A DNA stretch of 63,902 nucleotides, filler included, from Octopus bimaculoides (lineage: Eukaryota), in the NCBI RefSeq assembly GCF_001194135.2. It is 7 parts of 6 records of this genome, joined end to end, with 100 filler letters (N's around TTAATTAATTAA, not from the genome) between each part and the next. Parts side by side here need not be neighbours in the genome. Positions count along the whole stretch, not along the records: positions 43,429 to 51,937 come from NC_068986.1; positions 52,038 to 60,718 come from NC_069005.1; positions 60,819 to 62,783 come from NC_068982.1; 4 more parts are not named here. One strand, 5' to 3'. The position numbers and the translations under genes were made by a program. Below the pieces are notes generated by a model, which was not told the origin of the DNA, made no database searches, and was given only the letters and a program-made list of their open reading frames with translations. Position 1 is the first letter of the stretch; each line of letters opens with the position of its first letter. Below, one piece after another: positions 49,865 to 62,197 of the stretch.

Positions 49865-50010
49865 ATTCCGTCTACCAAATCCACTCACAAGGCTTTGGTC
49901 GGACTGAGGCTATAGTAGAAGACATTTGCCCAAGGTGTCACGCAGTGAGACTGAACTCGGAATCATGTAGTTGTAAAAGAAAGCTTCTTAGCACACAGCC
50001 ACGCCTGTAC
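49865..50010 (-). mobile_element. SINE family 1, 5' half
   Basis: Reverse complement of the family 1 head and body. Confidence 0.75.
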
Positions 50011-50693
50011 ACAAATTGCGAACATATACATATGTTGTTATCGTGTTTTGTGGCAATGCTACTTGTGTGTTTTACTATTTATTCTAATACTCTAGCGGAT
50101 CGGATTTCTCTTATTAACTATTTTCTGGAAACAGAACGTCATATAACATATAACTCCAATTGATAGGATATTTGTGAAATCAGATCTTCATCGCGTCGGA
50201 AATTTTTGGAATTTCATAAATTGAACAATTTTTATATAGAATACTTTCGTATTCTGTCTACGATTAACGATTTATTTCCCGCAGAAGATTCCAGAAAGAT
50301 GAAACCAAATTGATCCAGGATATTTAATACATTATTTTGTCATAAAGTATATACGTGTGTATATGTACGTAACTGTGCGTATACTTATGTATATATGAAT
50401 GTGTGCATGTATGTATGTGTTTGTATATGTATATGTATGCATAAGTCTCTGTGTGTATGTATGCATGTATGTGTGTATGTATGTATGTATGTATGTATGT
50501 ATGTATGTATGTATGTATGTATGCATGAATCAATGTATGTACGTACGTATGTATGTGGAGATTGCTGTATGATTAAGTGGTTTGTTTCGCAACAATAACT
50601 TTCCGAGTTCGATATAACTGCGCGGTGTTGCATTGACTTTTTGAACGGAAGTTTGTATCCGGAAACACAAATACACACACACACACACACCTA

Positions 50694-50729
<36 letters not shown>

Positions 50730-50768
50730 CATATATATACACATACATATATATATACACAAAATACA

Positions 50769-50813
<45 letters not shown>

Positions 50814-50829
50814 CTCGTTAGATCTGCAC

Positions 50830-51200
50830 ACGTCGCTGCTTTTCGATCTCCTCATTGTATTCTCAGTAACTGGAGTGACAAATGTTGTCGTTGTGCAAGT
50901 GGCTGAGTACTCCACAGACACGTACACTCTTAACGTAGTTCTCGGGGGGATTCAGCATTACACAGAGTATGACAAGACTGGCCCTTTGAAATACAGACAC
51001 AACAGAAACAGGAAGAAAGAGTGATAGAAAGTTGGGGCGAAAGAGTACAACAGGGGTCACCACCACCCCCTGCCGGAGCCTCGTGGAGTTTTAGGTGTTT
51101 TCGCTCAATAAACACTCACAACGCCCAGTCTGGGAATCGAAACCGCGATCCTATGACCGCGAGTCCGCTGCCCTAACGACTGGGCCATTGCGCCTCCACT
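50830..51200 (-). mobile_element. SINE family 3, near full length, with a clear tRNA-like head
   Basis: - strand head GTGGAGGCGCAATGGCCCAGTCGTTAGGGCAGCGGACTCGCGGTCATAGGATCGCGGTTTCGATTCCCAGAC has A and B boxes but runs on into SINE body, so it is not a tRNA gene. Confidence 0.85.
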
Positions 51201-51762
51201 AAGGTGACAAATGACATCACCAAAAAAAGACATATGCACGTCATTGGATTATAACGGTAAACGTTTGTAGAACACGAGTACCTCTCTCTGAGTTTCCGTG
51301 ATTAGTATTTAGTGACTTGCTGGGGAGAAAAGACTAGTAATAACTTGAAACTGAGGTTATACGTTAAGAGTATCTCTCCCCTACAAGGATGCTTGTGACA
51401 GCAGCAAGGAGTCACTATTCCTTGACAGGTGTTACTATTCCGGGTGAGAGTAGACTTGAGAATAATTGTGGCTAAGACGTGGCTCCATAGTCTTCAAAAA
51501 CCAGGAACTTCCGAACTAGAACCTCACTACCGGATTCAGGGATGCAGTTTAAAGAAAAACTCTGGACGACATACATACATACATAAAACTTAGATAAAAA
51601 CTTAGATATGTTTCGACCAAAGATTGGTCCAGCATACATATTATGATAGATCAAGGTTCAAATATCCTGCTTAAATCGAGATATACCACCAAGGATCATA
51701 GAATCATGAAGGTGCACATCCCGATGGCGTTTGAATATTTTGGAAAGTTGTGGTTCACGTAC

Positions 51763-51821
51763 TCACCTGATGAAAACGATTTTTTCTAATGATAAAAATT
51801 CGTTCGAAACAGCTGTTGTGA
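51763..51821 (+). ncRNA. Type I hammerhead ribozyme (probably weakened)
   Basis: Stem I TCAC/GTGA; CTGATGA 51767-73; stem II AACGA-T-TTTTT/AAAAA-T-TCGTT with loop CTAATGAT; GAAAC 51806-10; palindrome ACAGCTGT; triplet GUU. The 10.1-11.1 pair is A-C rather than G-C. Confidence 0.75.
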
Positions 51822-51884
51822 ACTGACATGTTATCCATCTGTTGTAATTTTATATTTATTATACATACATACATAGATACATAC

Positions 51885-51937
<53 letters not shown>

Positions 51938-52037
51938 NNNNNNNNNNNNNNNNNNNNNNNNNNNNNNNNNNNNNNNNNNNNTTAATTAATTAANNNNNNN
52001 NNNNNNNNNNNNNNNNNNNNNNNNNNNNNNNNNNNNN

Positions 52038-52216
52038 AGGACTTACAAATATATATAACATACAGAAAATTGCACTACTGGGTACTGCACACATTCTACG
52101 CAAAACACTTTCAATACAGTAAACATAAGAGCACCACAGCAAACCACAGCACATACCCAAGGCGCACAGAGCTGCGCTCGGTAGTGAAGTGAAAGTACGT
52201 TATAAAAATAAAACTA

Positions 52217-52290
<74 letters not shown>
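52038..52290 (+). mobile_element. 3' end of an R4/Dong-like non-LTR element with an (AAT)n tail
   Basis: Translates to GLTNIYNIQKIALLGTAHILRKTLSIQ*, then a short 3' UTR and about 70 bp of (AAT)n. Confidence 0.8.
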
Positions 52291-54835
52291 GCCACCTAAG
52301 ACTGAGGAAATGGAAGAGTTCTGGAAGAAGATATGGAGCAACAAAAAAGAATAGAATGCTAAAACTGACTGGCTAGAGCGTGGGAAAGTGAGACTTGATG
52401 AAGTTGAAGAGCAGAAATGGGAGGTAATTGAAATAGAAGAACTGAGATGTGTTCTTGGGAAGTCTCGCAAATGGAAAACCCCAGGACTGAACCGAATTCC
52501 TAACTTTTGGCTAAATTGTCTGACAGAAGTACACCAAAATTTCGCTGCATTTCTGACTGATGTCATCCAGAACTCCTGACTGAAGGAACAATATACCTTC
52601 TACCAAAAACTGAAGGCACAAAAATCCAAAGAACTGCCGACAAATAACATGTCTCAACACCACCTACAAGATCCTCACATCCACATTAACTGACAGAATA
52701 TACGCTTTGCTTGAACAGAGATCTATCCTTCCACAAGCTCACAAAGGCTGTAAGAGGAATTCTTATGGGTGCAAAGATCACTTACTCATAAGATGATTGT
52801 AGAGAAATGCCGGAGCAAAAAGAAGAGCCTGAGTATGGCACGGATAGACTACAGGAAAGTGTTTGATAGTGTCCTACATAATTGGATACTCAAAACCCTT
52901 GAAATATATAAGATCTCTCTTGTCATCTTCAAATTGGCCTAGTGGAACACACGTCTCCTTCTAAACCATAGTAATGGGATGAGCCAAACTAACAACATCA
53001 ACATCAAACGAGGCATCTTTCAAGGTAACTCCCTTTCCCCATTACTCTTTTGAATGGCACTGATCCCACTCTCAAACTAACTAAATAACACCAGGTGTGG
53101 GTTCAAAGTTTACAATACGACAATAAACCATCTCTCTTGTATGAACGATGTGAAGCTGTTTGCTAGAAATGACGAAGAACTAGCAGGGCTGCTAACAACT
53201 GTTAAAAAAATTCAGTAATGACATCTGGGCGGACTTTGGCCTTGGTAAGTGTGCTAAAGCAACTTTTGAAAGCTCAGGAAAACAGCTTCCATTAAATTAG
53301 ATACCGATAGGAGCTTGACCCACAAGAAAATTACAAATACCTAGGGATAAACGAAGGAGATGGTATACAAAATGCTATCGTATTGGAAAAATTAAGAAAG
53401 GAATATTACAGGAGAGTAAGACTCATACTAAAAACTGAACTCAACTCTAAAAATCCCATCGAAGCCATTAACACCCTGGTACTTCCAGTAGTCCAGTAAA
53501 GTTTTACCATCATTAACTGGAATCTTACAGAGCTCCAACGCCTGGACAAGAAGACAAGGAAACTACTAACATCTAAGAACATGCACCACCCAAAAGCAGA
53601 CGTTGATCGCCTGTACCTACCTAGAAGTAATGGAGGGAAGAGGAATGATGCAGATGGAACTGTGCTATAAGACCTCCACAGTGGCGGTGAACAAGTACTT
53701 ATCTAGTACAGACGACTGGATACTGCGGCTTGTATGTAAACACGAAAGCAGCAAAAAATCACATATTATTGTCAAGAAAGCTTGCCGATTCGCAAGGGAA
53801 CTTGGCATTAATCCTGAAATATTCGAAGATACTGAAACCACTGTCACAAAAAAAGCAAAATGGATCAAGCAGACTGCAAAAAAGAACGAGCAGAAACAAA
53901 TTGAGAAGTGGTGAAACCAGAAGCCTCTACATGGACAGTATATATTTCGAAGTTGAAATGCTGATGTAGATAAAATGATGATGTAGACCCACCAGTGGCT
54001 GAGAAGTTCAGGACTAAAAGCAGAGACTGAAGGTTTCATATTGGCAGCACAAGACCAAAGCTTGCTCCCAAAATCTACCAAACGTTCTTCAAAACGGTTC
54101 TGACCTTACATGGAGATTTTGCGGTACATTTGACGAAACAATAGACCATCTCATCTCGGAATGTCCTGAGCTGACACCAAACGAATACAAAAATCGCCAC
54201 AATAAGGTAGGACAGTATTTCCATTGAAAATATGTAAACACTACAAAATCAGGCCTCCTGCTTACTGCTATGAACATCATCCTGAGCCGGTCGTCAAACG
54301 TAAAAATGTCACTATCCTCTGGGATTATCTAGTCAACACTGACAGAACGATCCAGGCTAATCAACGAGACATAATTATTAAAGAGAGGGAAGAAAATATT
54401 TGTAGACTAATAGATGTAAGTGTTCCTACCGATAAAAAAAATATATATGTCAAGGAATATGACAAACTAAGTAAAAATAAGGACCTGGAAATTGAAATAC
54501 AAAAGATGTGGCATCTGAAAATGAGAACTGTTCCTGTTATTGTAGGTGCCCTAGGTATGATAAGAAAGGGTTGTCAGAAACATCTAGATAAGATCCCAGG
54601 AGAACCATGTCTTATCCAAAAAAGTGTGCTGACAAGTACTGTCCACATCTTTAGAAAAACCCTATCCATTTAAATGTCTGCGTTGTATTACATGAAGATA
54701 TTTCGCTATTTCCCCTCCCCAAGCTTTCAGTCATGCTGTAACATCTCTTATCCTTCACTCGCCCCAGGATACTGGGTGTGTCTCGGCAAGTGACTGTAAA
54801 GACATGCAGATGAAAAGTAAAAAATAATAATAATC
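52290..54835 (+). mobile_element. 5'-truncated, decayed R4/Dong-like (RT plus restriction-like endonuclease) retrotransposon
   Basis: KWKTPGLNRIPNFWL; IDYRKVFDSV; IKRGIFQGNSLSPLLF; HLSCMNDVKLFA; RHNKV; ILWD...TDRTIQANQRDIII...LIDVSVP...K..KNKDL...VPVIVGALG. Starts inside (TAA)n and ends in AATAATAAT. Confidence 0.9.
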
Positions 54836-54839
54836 TTAT

Positions 54840-55590
54840 ATAGAATAGCATGAAATACTGGAGAACGGAATTGACAGCAGGAAAGTAATTACTAGGAGAG
54901 GTGAAAATCAAGAGAGGTATCTTCCAAGGGTACAGTGTGTACCTACTGGGAATGATCCCCTTGCGTGAAATACAGAAAACAAAGTTGGTGTATGATCTGG
55001 GAAGAGGCAAGGGAAAACTAAACCATTTGCTAGTCATGGACGAACTGAAGCTATTCACAAAAAATGAGGCAGAACTAGACAGCCTAGTCCAGTCTGTGCG
55101 GATTTTCTACAATGATATTAAGATGGATTGGGCTCTCAAAATGTGCTACGATGGCGATGAGACGAGAAAAGCTGGCTAGGACAGAAGGAATATGGTTACC
55201 AAGTGGTGAAATGATGAAGGCAATTCAATCTCAGTCCAGATATAAATACCTGGGAATACTTGAGGCAGATGGAATTAAACAGCACGACATGAAGGTAAAG
55301 ACAAAAAGAGAGTACATGCGGCGAGTGAGAAAGATATTGGCTTCAAAACTGCCAGAGACATAATTTCGGCAATAAACTTGCGCGCAATCGCAGTAGTTCG
55401 GTATGGCGCTAGAATCTTGAAGTGGAGAGAGGAGGAGATAAAGGAGATGAACAGGACGTCAAGGAAGCTCCTAACGATGCATGAACCCATCATCCACATG
55501 CAGACACTGATCGCCTGTACATGAAGAGAGCAAATGGAAGAAGGATAAGTGTGGAAGACTGCGTGCGTATCGAACTCGAGAGCTCAGTGA
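54840..55590 (+). mobile_element. RT fragment of a second R4/Dong-like family
   Basis: KIKRGIFQG..., KLNHLLVMDELKLFTKNE, YKYLGILEADGIK...KREYMRRVRKIL, HPHADTDRLY.KR.NG. Confidence 0.8.
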
Positions 55591-55619
55591 GATACCTAGT
55601 CCAAAGTTCCCTGTCTTTG

Positions 55620-55830
55620 ATAATTATGTCTGGTTGATTAGCCTGGATCGTTCTGTCAGTGTTGACTAGGTAATCCCAGAGAAGAGTGACATTTTTACCT
55701 TCAACGATTGGTTCAGGATGATGTTCTTACCAGTAAGCAGGAGTAGTGATTTTCTAGTGTTTAAATATTTTTCAATGGAAATACTGTCCTACCCTATCGT
55801 GGAGATTTTTGTATTCGTTTGGTGTCAACA
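55620..55830 (-). mobile_element. Inverted duplicate of the endonuclease region of the 52290-54835 element
   Basis: Reverse complement aligns with about 54175-54365. Confidence 0.8.
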
Positions 55831-55926
55831 CAGGACATTAAATTCATCGCTGAATCTGCATTTAAGCTCAGAACTGCTTTGAAGAATGTTATTGTTGTTG
55901 TTGTTGTTGCTATTATTATTATTATT

Positions 55927-56038
55927 GAGTGAGAGAGCAGTGCATGCCATCAAACTGACACTGTGGTAAAATATACGAAGCCCATTATACCCATCATGAC
56001 TACCCGTCTGATAAGGGTACACCAGGCACGTGCATCAA
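55927..56038. mobile_element. End of the (AAT)n-associated non-coding repeat
   Basis: Reverse complement of 63300-63410; starts directly after (ATT)n. Confidence 0.75.
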
Positions 56039-56534
56039 NNNNNNNNNNNNNNNNNNNNNNNNNNNNNNNNNNNNNNNNNNNNNNNNNNNNNNNNNNNNNN
56101 NNNNNNNNNNNNNNNNNNNNNNNNNNNNNNNNNNNNNNNNNNNNNNNNNNNNNNNNNNNNNNNNNNNNNNNNNNNNNNNNNNNNNNNNNNNNNNNNNNNN
56201 NNNNNNNNNNNNNNNNNNNNNNNNNNNNNNNNNNNNNNNNNNNNNNNNNNNNNNNNNNNNNNNNNNNNNNNNNNNNNNNNNNNNNNNNNNNNNNNNNNNN
56301 NNNNNNNNNNNNNNNNNNNNNNNNNNNNNNNNNNNNNNNNNNNNNNNNNNNNNNNNNNNNNNNNNNNNNNNNNNNNNNNNNNNNNNNNNNNNNNNNNNNN
56401 NNNNNNNNNNNNNNNNNNNNNNNNNNNNNNTATGAAGAAGAAGAAGAAGAAGAAGAAGAAGAAGAAGAAGAAGAAGAAGAAGAAGAAGAAGAAGAAGAAG
56501 AAGAAGAAGAAGAAGAAGAAGAAGAAGAAATTTG

Positions 56535-56670
56535 TGGGGAGGGGACCAGTTGATTATATGAGAACTTAAGTTATCGACCCTGAAAGGATGAAAGATAAAG
56601 TCGACAGACAAAATGCTACTAAGCATTTCATCCGGCGCGCTAGTGGTTTTGATAGCTCAGCGGCATAAGC
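56535..56670 (-). mobile_element. SINE family 2 copy
   Basis: TTATCGACCCTGAAAGGATGAAAGATAAAGTCGAC, homologous to 19700-19900. Confidence 0.6.
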
Positions 56671-56922
56671 GACAGTAACAACAAGAACTGTAACAACAAC
56701 AACAGCAACAACAACAACAAAAGTAAGAGGAACAATAATTTGTGATAGAAACATCAGCAGCACGACCACCACCGACGATGCAAAACCATTGCGAAAAGTA
56801 AGCTGACAAACAACGAGATTAGTGACAAAAGCAACAACAACAAAAACAGCAGCAACGTTAACAATAAGAATGGTCGTGAAAATGTGGAACAATGGCGGTT
56901 GTGACAGCAACACACGGTTGAA

Positions 56923-56963
<41 letters not shown>

Positions 56964-58600
56964 CATGGAGTGGAAGAGGGTTAAATTGAAGAAAATACTG
57001 ACAAGCAAAATACTCAAGACGGAAGGAGAGAGGGAGAGAGAGAGAAAGGATATAAGGGAGTGGGAATAGGAGGAGGAGGGGGAGGAGGGGGCGGACAACG
57101 ACGACGAGGAGGCGGAGGAATAAAAGGTGGTTGTAAAATATTTNNNNNNNNNNNNNNNNNNNNNNNNNNNNNNNNNNNNNNNNNNNNNNNNNNNNNNNNN
57201 NNNNNNNNNNNNNNNNNNNNNNNNNNNNNNNNNNNNNNNNNNNNNNNNNNNNNNNNNNNNNNNNNNNNNNNNNNNNNNNNNNNNNNNNNNNNNNNNNNNN
57301 NNNNNNNNNNNNNNNNNNNNNNNNNNNNNNNNNNNNNNNNNNNNNNNNNNNNNNNNNNNNNNNNNNNNNNNNNNNNNNNNNNNNNNNNNNNNNNNNNNNN
57401 NNNNNNNNNNNNNNNNNNNNNNNNNNNNNNNNNNNNNNNNNNNNNNNNNNNNNNNNNNNNNNNNNNNNGTTTCTATGTGGCCTGCTTGTTTGTTGCACCT
57501 TGTTTACCAGTTTGTCCTTGTTCTTTTGCCACGTCATGTACCCAGTTATGTATCTATATGTACAGGTAGATGAACGTATATACATACATGTACATATATA
57601 TATGCATATACTCATATATTGTTTATATATAAATATACATATATATATGAGTGTGTGTGTGTGTGTATGGATGGATAGATTGATGTATGTATATATACAT
57701 GTATGTTTGTGTATGTGTATGTATGTTTATGTACGTATGCATGTATGTTTTCTACGTATAAATATGTGTGCATGCATGTATATTTTGTAATTGTATATGT
57801 GTATGTATGCATGTATGCATGAGTAATTTTCTCCTCGATTCAGGTTTACAGGTGCCGAACAGTGCTACACATATAGCTCTAAGTTCAAATCGCGCCGAGG
57901 GCAATTGTACCAGTCGAGTGCAGGAGCATCTGATTGGAGAACTTGTTTCGTCTGTTCTAGGTGTTTGTTTTCTGGGGTTCAAATTTCGCCAAAGTGACGA
58001 CAGCCAGGGTAAACCGCGAAGGCACAAAGGTCCACATGCAATGAGACAGATTGGCCTACAATTACTTTAACAACTGAGACATCCTCCGGTGTCTGAGGTA
58101 AGGTGAGGTGAGATGAGGTCAGGTCAGGTGAGGCCAGGTTAGGTTAGAAAAGGTCAGGTGTGACTCAAATGCCAGTACAGTGTGTTGCTGCATTCACCAT
58201 TTGTCGGTATATTTCCGGGTACTCTCAAGTGACCCCAGCCCGTCCCTATCTCCGAAATTCTATCCACCAATGGGTATTGAGCACTTATTCTCGTCATTCG
58301 ACATTTACACACACACACATAAATATAACAAAAGAGGGGGTGTATTTCCACGCAGGAAAAATATAGGCAAATTTGATTTTGATAATGCACCTAATGATCG
58401 ACAAGAAATAAATATCATCAAAGTTTCATANNNNNNNNNNNNNNNNNNNNNNNNNNNNNNNNNNNNNNNNNNNNNNNNNNNNNNNNNNNNNNNNNNNNNN
58501 NNNNNNNNNNNNNNNNNNNNNNNNNNNNNNNNNNNNNNNNNNNNNNNNNNNNNNNNNNNNNNNNNNNNNNNNNNNNNNNNNNNNNNNNNNNNNNNNNNNN

Positions 58601-58986
58601 GTTTCAGTCATTTGACTGCGGCCATGCTGGAGCACCGCCTTTAGTCGAATCAAATCGACCCCAGGACTTATTCTTTGGAAGCCTAGTACTTATTCTATCG
58701 GTCTTTTTTGCCGAACCGCTAAGTTACGGGGACCTAAACACACCACCATCGGTTGTCAAGCGATGTTGGGGGACTAACACAGATACACAACATATACACA
58801 CATACATATATATATACATATATACGACGGGTTTCTTTCAGTTTCCGTCTACCAAATCCACTCACAAGGTTTGGTCGGCCCGAGGCTATAGTAGAAGACA
58901 CTTGCCCAAGGTGCCACGCAGTGGGACTGAACCCAGAACCATGTGTTTGGTAAGCAAGCTACTTACCACAGAGCCACTCCTGCGCT
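58601..58986 (-). mobile_element. Near full-length SINE family 1
   Basis: Reverse complement of 3426-3830 along its whole length. Confidence 0.88.
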
Positions 58987-58999
58987 TATATATATTTAT

Positions 59000-60674
59000 A
59001 TATTTCTTTTAAGAGAGAGAAAAACAAGGGAGAAATGAAGATAGTTAAAAAAGGGATTTGGTTAACAGTTTCTCTGATTCTCTTTCCGTTGTGTGGAGGA
59101 ACTTTCGCTTGTAACGGTATTTTGGATTCCGGTGTATTTTAATTTTTTTCCGCGAGCGGATCTGATTTTTGATTCGTTAAGGTACTGGTGACGTCTTGTT
59201 TTTCCGATGGTCAAGTTTGTCGTTCTGCCTGGTTGGCCTCCCTGTAGGAAACAGTCATCAGCCGTTCTGGTTCGCTGATTCTCTTAAAGGGTCATTTTGT
59301 TGTATTTGTTCGGTTTTGATCGGAGGTAAAATTTCATTGGTCTAGAGTTAGGTGACGTCAGCAACTGGTGTTTGTATGGTGCTATTGTATGGTGATTTGG
59401 AGTTGTTTCGAAAACTGGGTGGAAGACTGTTCTAAAGTTTTTTAATTTGTCTGTTGTTCCTGGTTGTTCTTTTGTGGAGAAATTAAGTCTTTTTTTTCCT
59501 TTTTCTCGTTAGTATTTTTGCTTCTTTCTAAGGGATATTTAAATGGAATTGGGTTGAAGTGTTTCCGGTGCATTGATAGAGAGGGAAGATTTGGTATTTC
59601 GGGTTTATGTTTACGGGGCATTGGACTAAGTGTTTGCTTACTGGAATTTTCCTAGTCGTGGGGTCCCAGATTTGTTGCCTGTGCACCGTTAGTCTGTCCC
59701 TCAAAGTTAAACTTGTTTGACCTATGTGGTCTCCACCCCACCCCTACACATTTAAGAACATAGATTAAATTCTTCGAAGCACAGGTGAAGAGACTTTTTA
59801 TGGTACAAGTTTGACCTGACTTAAATTTATATGTTGTGCTCTCGAAGAAGAAGATGCAATTTCCGCAGTTGGAGCGGTTGCACTTTTTGACTGGTGGGAT
59901 TGTATTTTTGGTGGGTAATTTGGCGCTTTTTTAGAGATTACGGTTGTTTCTTGCTTTTGATAATCCTACGTGTTTCCAGTGTCTTTTTCATTAGTAGGTC
60001 CTTCATAAGGAGGGATATGCTTTCATGGATAATGTTGAATGCTTTCCATGTTCTTCGGATTGTGTATTGATACGTAAGATATAGTTTTAAGTATGTCATG
60101 TTTTTTTCTTGTTTTCCGTAACTCTTGGATGTTTATCATTTTTACACGTTCTATTCCGTTTTTGATTAGACTGGCCGGGTATTTTCTATCTAGTAATGCG
60201 TTTTTAAGTTCTTAGAGTCGCTTTTCACGGGTTTCGGGATTTGGTGCAATCGTGCAAATTCTTCTTGCTAAGTTGAACGATATATTTATTTTAGTATGTT
60301 TTGGGTAGCAGGAGGAGAATAGAAGATATTGTTTTGAGTCTGTTGGTTTGAAGAAGATGTCGATTTTAATTTCAGTATCTTTTTTTATGATTTTTTAAAG
60401 ATGTCCAGGAAGGGTAGGTATTTGTGGTTGTATTCCATTGGGAACTGGATACTGTGGTTAATGCTCTTGACAATTCTAAACTTGTCTGTTATGAACAGTT
60501 TAAACTTGTCAACTTTGAAACTTTTAAACATGTTTTTCTAAATCATAATTCTAAATTTTTACCATTGATAAACAAAAAAAAATTGTGGAAACTAGTTTGG
60601 TATATATATGTAAATAATTTACTTATACAATTACGAGTTTTACAAATTCAGATGCATTTTCAGCAGCAAATTTG

Positions 60675-60680
<6 letters not shown>
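59000..60680 (-). mobile_element. Decayed Penelope-like element (RT thumb plus C-terminal GIY-YIG; Penelope/Poseidon type)
   Basis: Reverse translation gives DIFFKPTDSKQYLLFSSCYPKHTKINISFNLARRICTI (RT thumb) and KCNRSNCGNC...FTCASKNLIYVLKC...HIGQTSLTLRDRLTVHRQQI...VSKHL (Cys knuckle and GIY-YIG). Confidence 0.88.
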
Positions 60681-60718
<38 letters not shown>

Positions 60719-60921
60719 NNNNNNNNNNNNNNNNNNNNNNNNNNNNNNNNNNNNNNNNNNNNTTAATTAATTAANNNNNNNNNNNNNNNNNNNNNNNNNN
60801 NNNNNNNNNNNNNNNNNNCATAATAGGACATCTAACATGTTAGAAGGAGTAGTCAAAATCCAAACCACTATTAGAGGTAATGTCGAAGGGAATGAAAAAT
60901 AAAAACATTCACCATCTTTCT

Positions 60922-60990
60922 CCTGGATCATGGTTTCAAACTCTATTTAGCAAATAAAGTAATTTGCCAGGCGAAGTTCTCATCAGCAGG
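60922..60990 (-). ncRNA. Type I hammerhead ribozyme with an extended stem II (one stem III lesion)
   Basis: - strand reads CCTG CTGATGA GAACTT-CGCC-TGGCAAAT-TACTTT-ATTTGCTA-AATA-GAGTTT GAAAC CATG ATC CAGG. Stem I is CCTG/CAGG, the core is intact, and ACCATGAT is one change from the palindrome ACCATGGT. Confidence 0.78.
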
Positions 60991-61035
60991 CCACTGGTAG
61001 TAAAAAAATTTCTAAAAAAATTTTTCCTACCCTGA

Positions 61036-61089
<54 letters not shown>

Positions 61090-61102
<13 letters not shown>

Positions 61103-61948
61103 TATATATGCCATGGATGTATAAGAGATGCAGTGGAATTGTGGGTAGGTTATCAGATAAGGTCACTTTCATGTGTGGCAGATGTGCAGGAACAGAAAGT
61201 TCTAAGAACACAAGGGACTTGAGCTCTCTGAAATACCCAGGAGGCTCTCTTGAGGTAGTTGATAGTTTCTATTATTTAGGTGACCAAATTAGTAATGATG
61301 GTGGATACGCTGAAAGTATTGTTTCTAGAATAAGAATAGGATGGAGGAAGTTCAGAGAACTACTATCTCTGCTGGCAGCAAAACAACTCTCTCTCAGAGT
61401 GAAAGGTAAATTGTATGATGCTTGTGTGAGAATGGCTGTGTTACATGGTAGTGAGACATGGACTCTGACTGCAGAGGACATGTGTAGGCTTGAGAGGAAT
61501 GAAGGTAGTATGCTCTGTTGGGTTTGCAACATCAGTGTGCATGACTGACAAAGCACAACTGTGTTAAAAGAAAAGTTAGGCATAAGAGGGATTAAATGTG
61601 GTATGTGGAGAGGAGAATGCATTGGTTTGGACATGTGATGCATATAAGTGAAGACAGCTGTATACAGAAGTGCCTGTCACTGAAAGTGGATGGTACTTGT
61701 GGTTGGTGTTTGGAAGAGCATCCAGCTGTAAAAATCATGCCAAAACTAACCTCAAAACTAACCTCGCCTGTGCTACCTAAAAAGTACTGAGTCCACTCTG
61801 CAGAGTGGTTGGTGTTAGGAAGGGCATCCAGCCATAAAATCCCTGCCAAAACAGACTCTGTAGCCTAGGGTAGTTTTTCTACCTGACTGGCTCCTGTCAA
61901 CTGTCCTACCCATGTATGCATGGAAGATGGATGTTAAACGATGATGAT

Positions 61949-61950
<2 letters not shown>
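61090..61950 (+). mobile_element. 5'-truncated RTE LINE (Cys-rich insert end, C-terminus, 3' UTR, (GAT)n tail)
   Basis: ORF 61108-61548: WMYKRCSGIVGRL...CGRCAG...VVDSFYYLGDQIS...RIRIGWRKFRELL...KLYDACVR...HGSETW. Confidence 0.9.
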
Positions 61951-62004
<54 letters not shown>

Positions 62005-62197
62005 TACACACACACATACATACACACACATGCACATACGCACACACATGCACACACACACACACATGCACATACACACACATGCACACACACACACACA
62101 CATGCACACACACGCACATATGATATTCATATCTTTATTCAGCAAGTCCACTTGTGATGTTTTTCTAATATTCTGACCATATTTGATCTAATTTCAG

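Noticed and set aside
51121-51200. tRNA-like sequence
   Set aside because: It is the head of a SINE, with no acceptor-stem closure, and continues into SINE body.
59240-59270. - strand CTGATGAC in the 3' region of the third PLE
   Set aside because: No paired stem II followed by GAAA.
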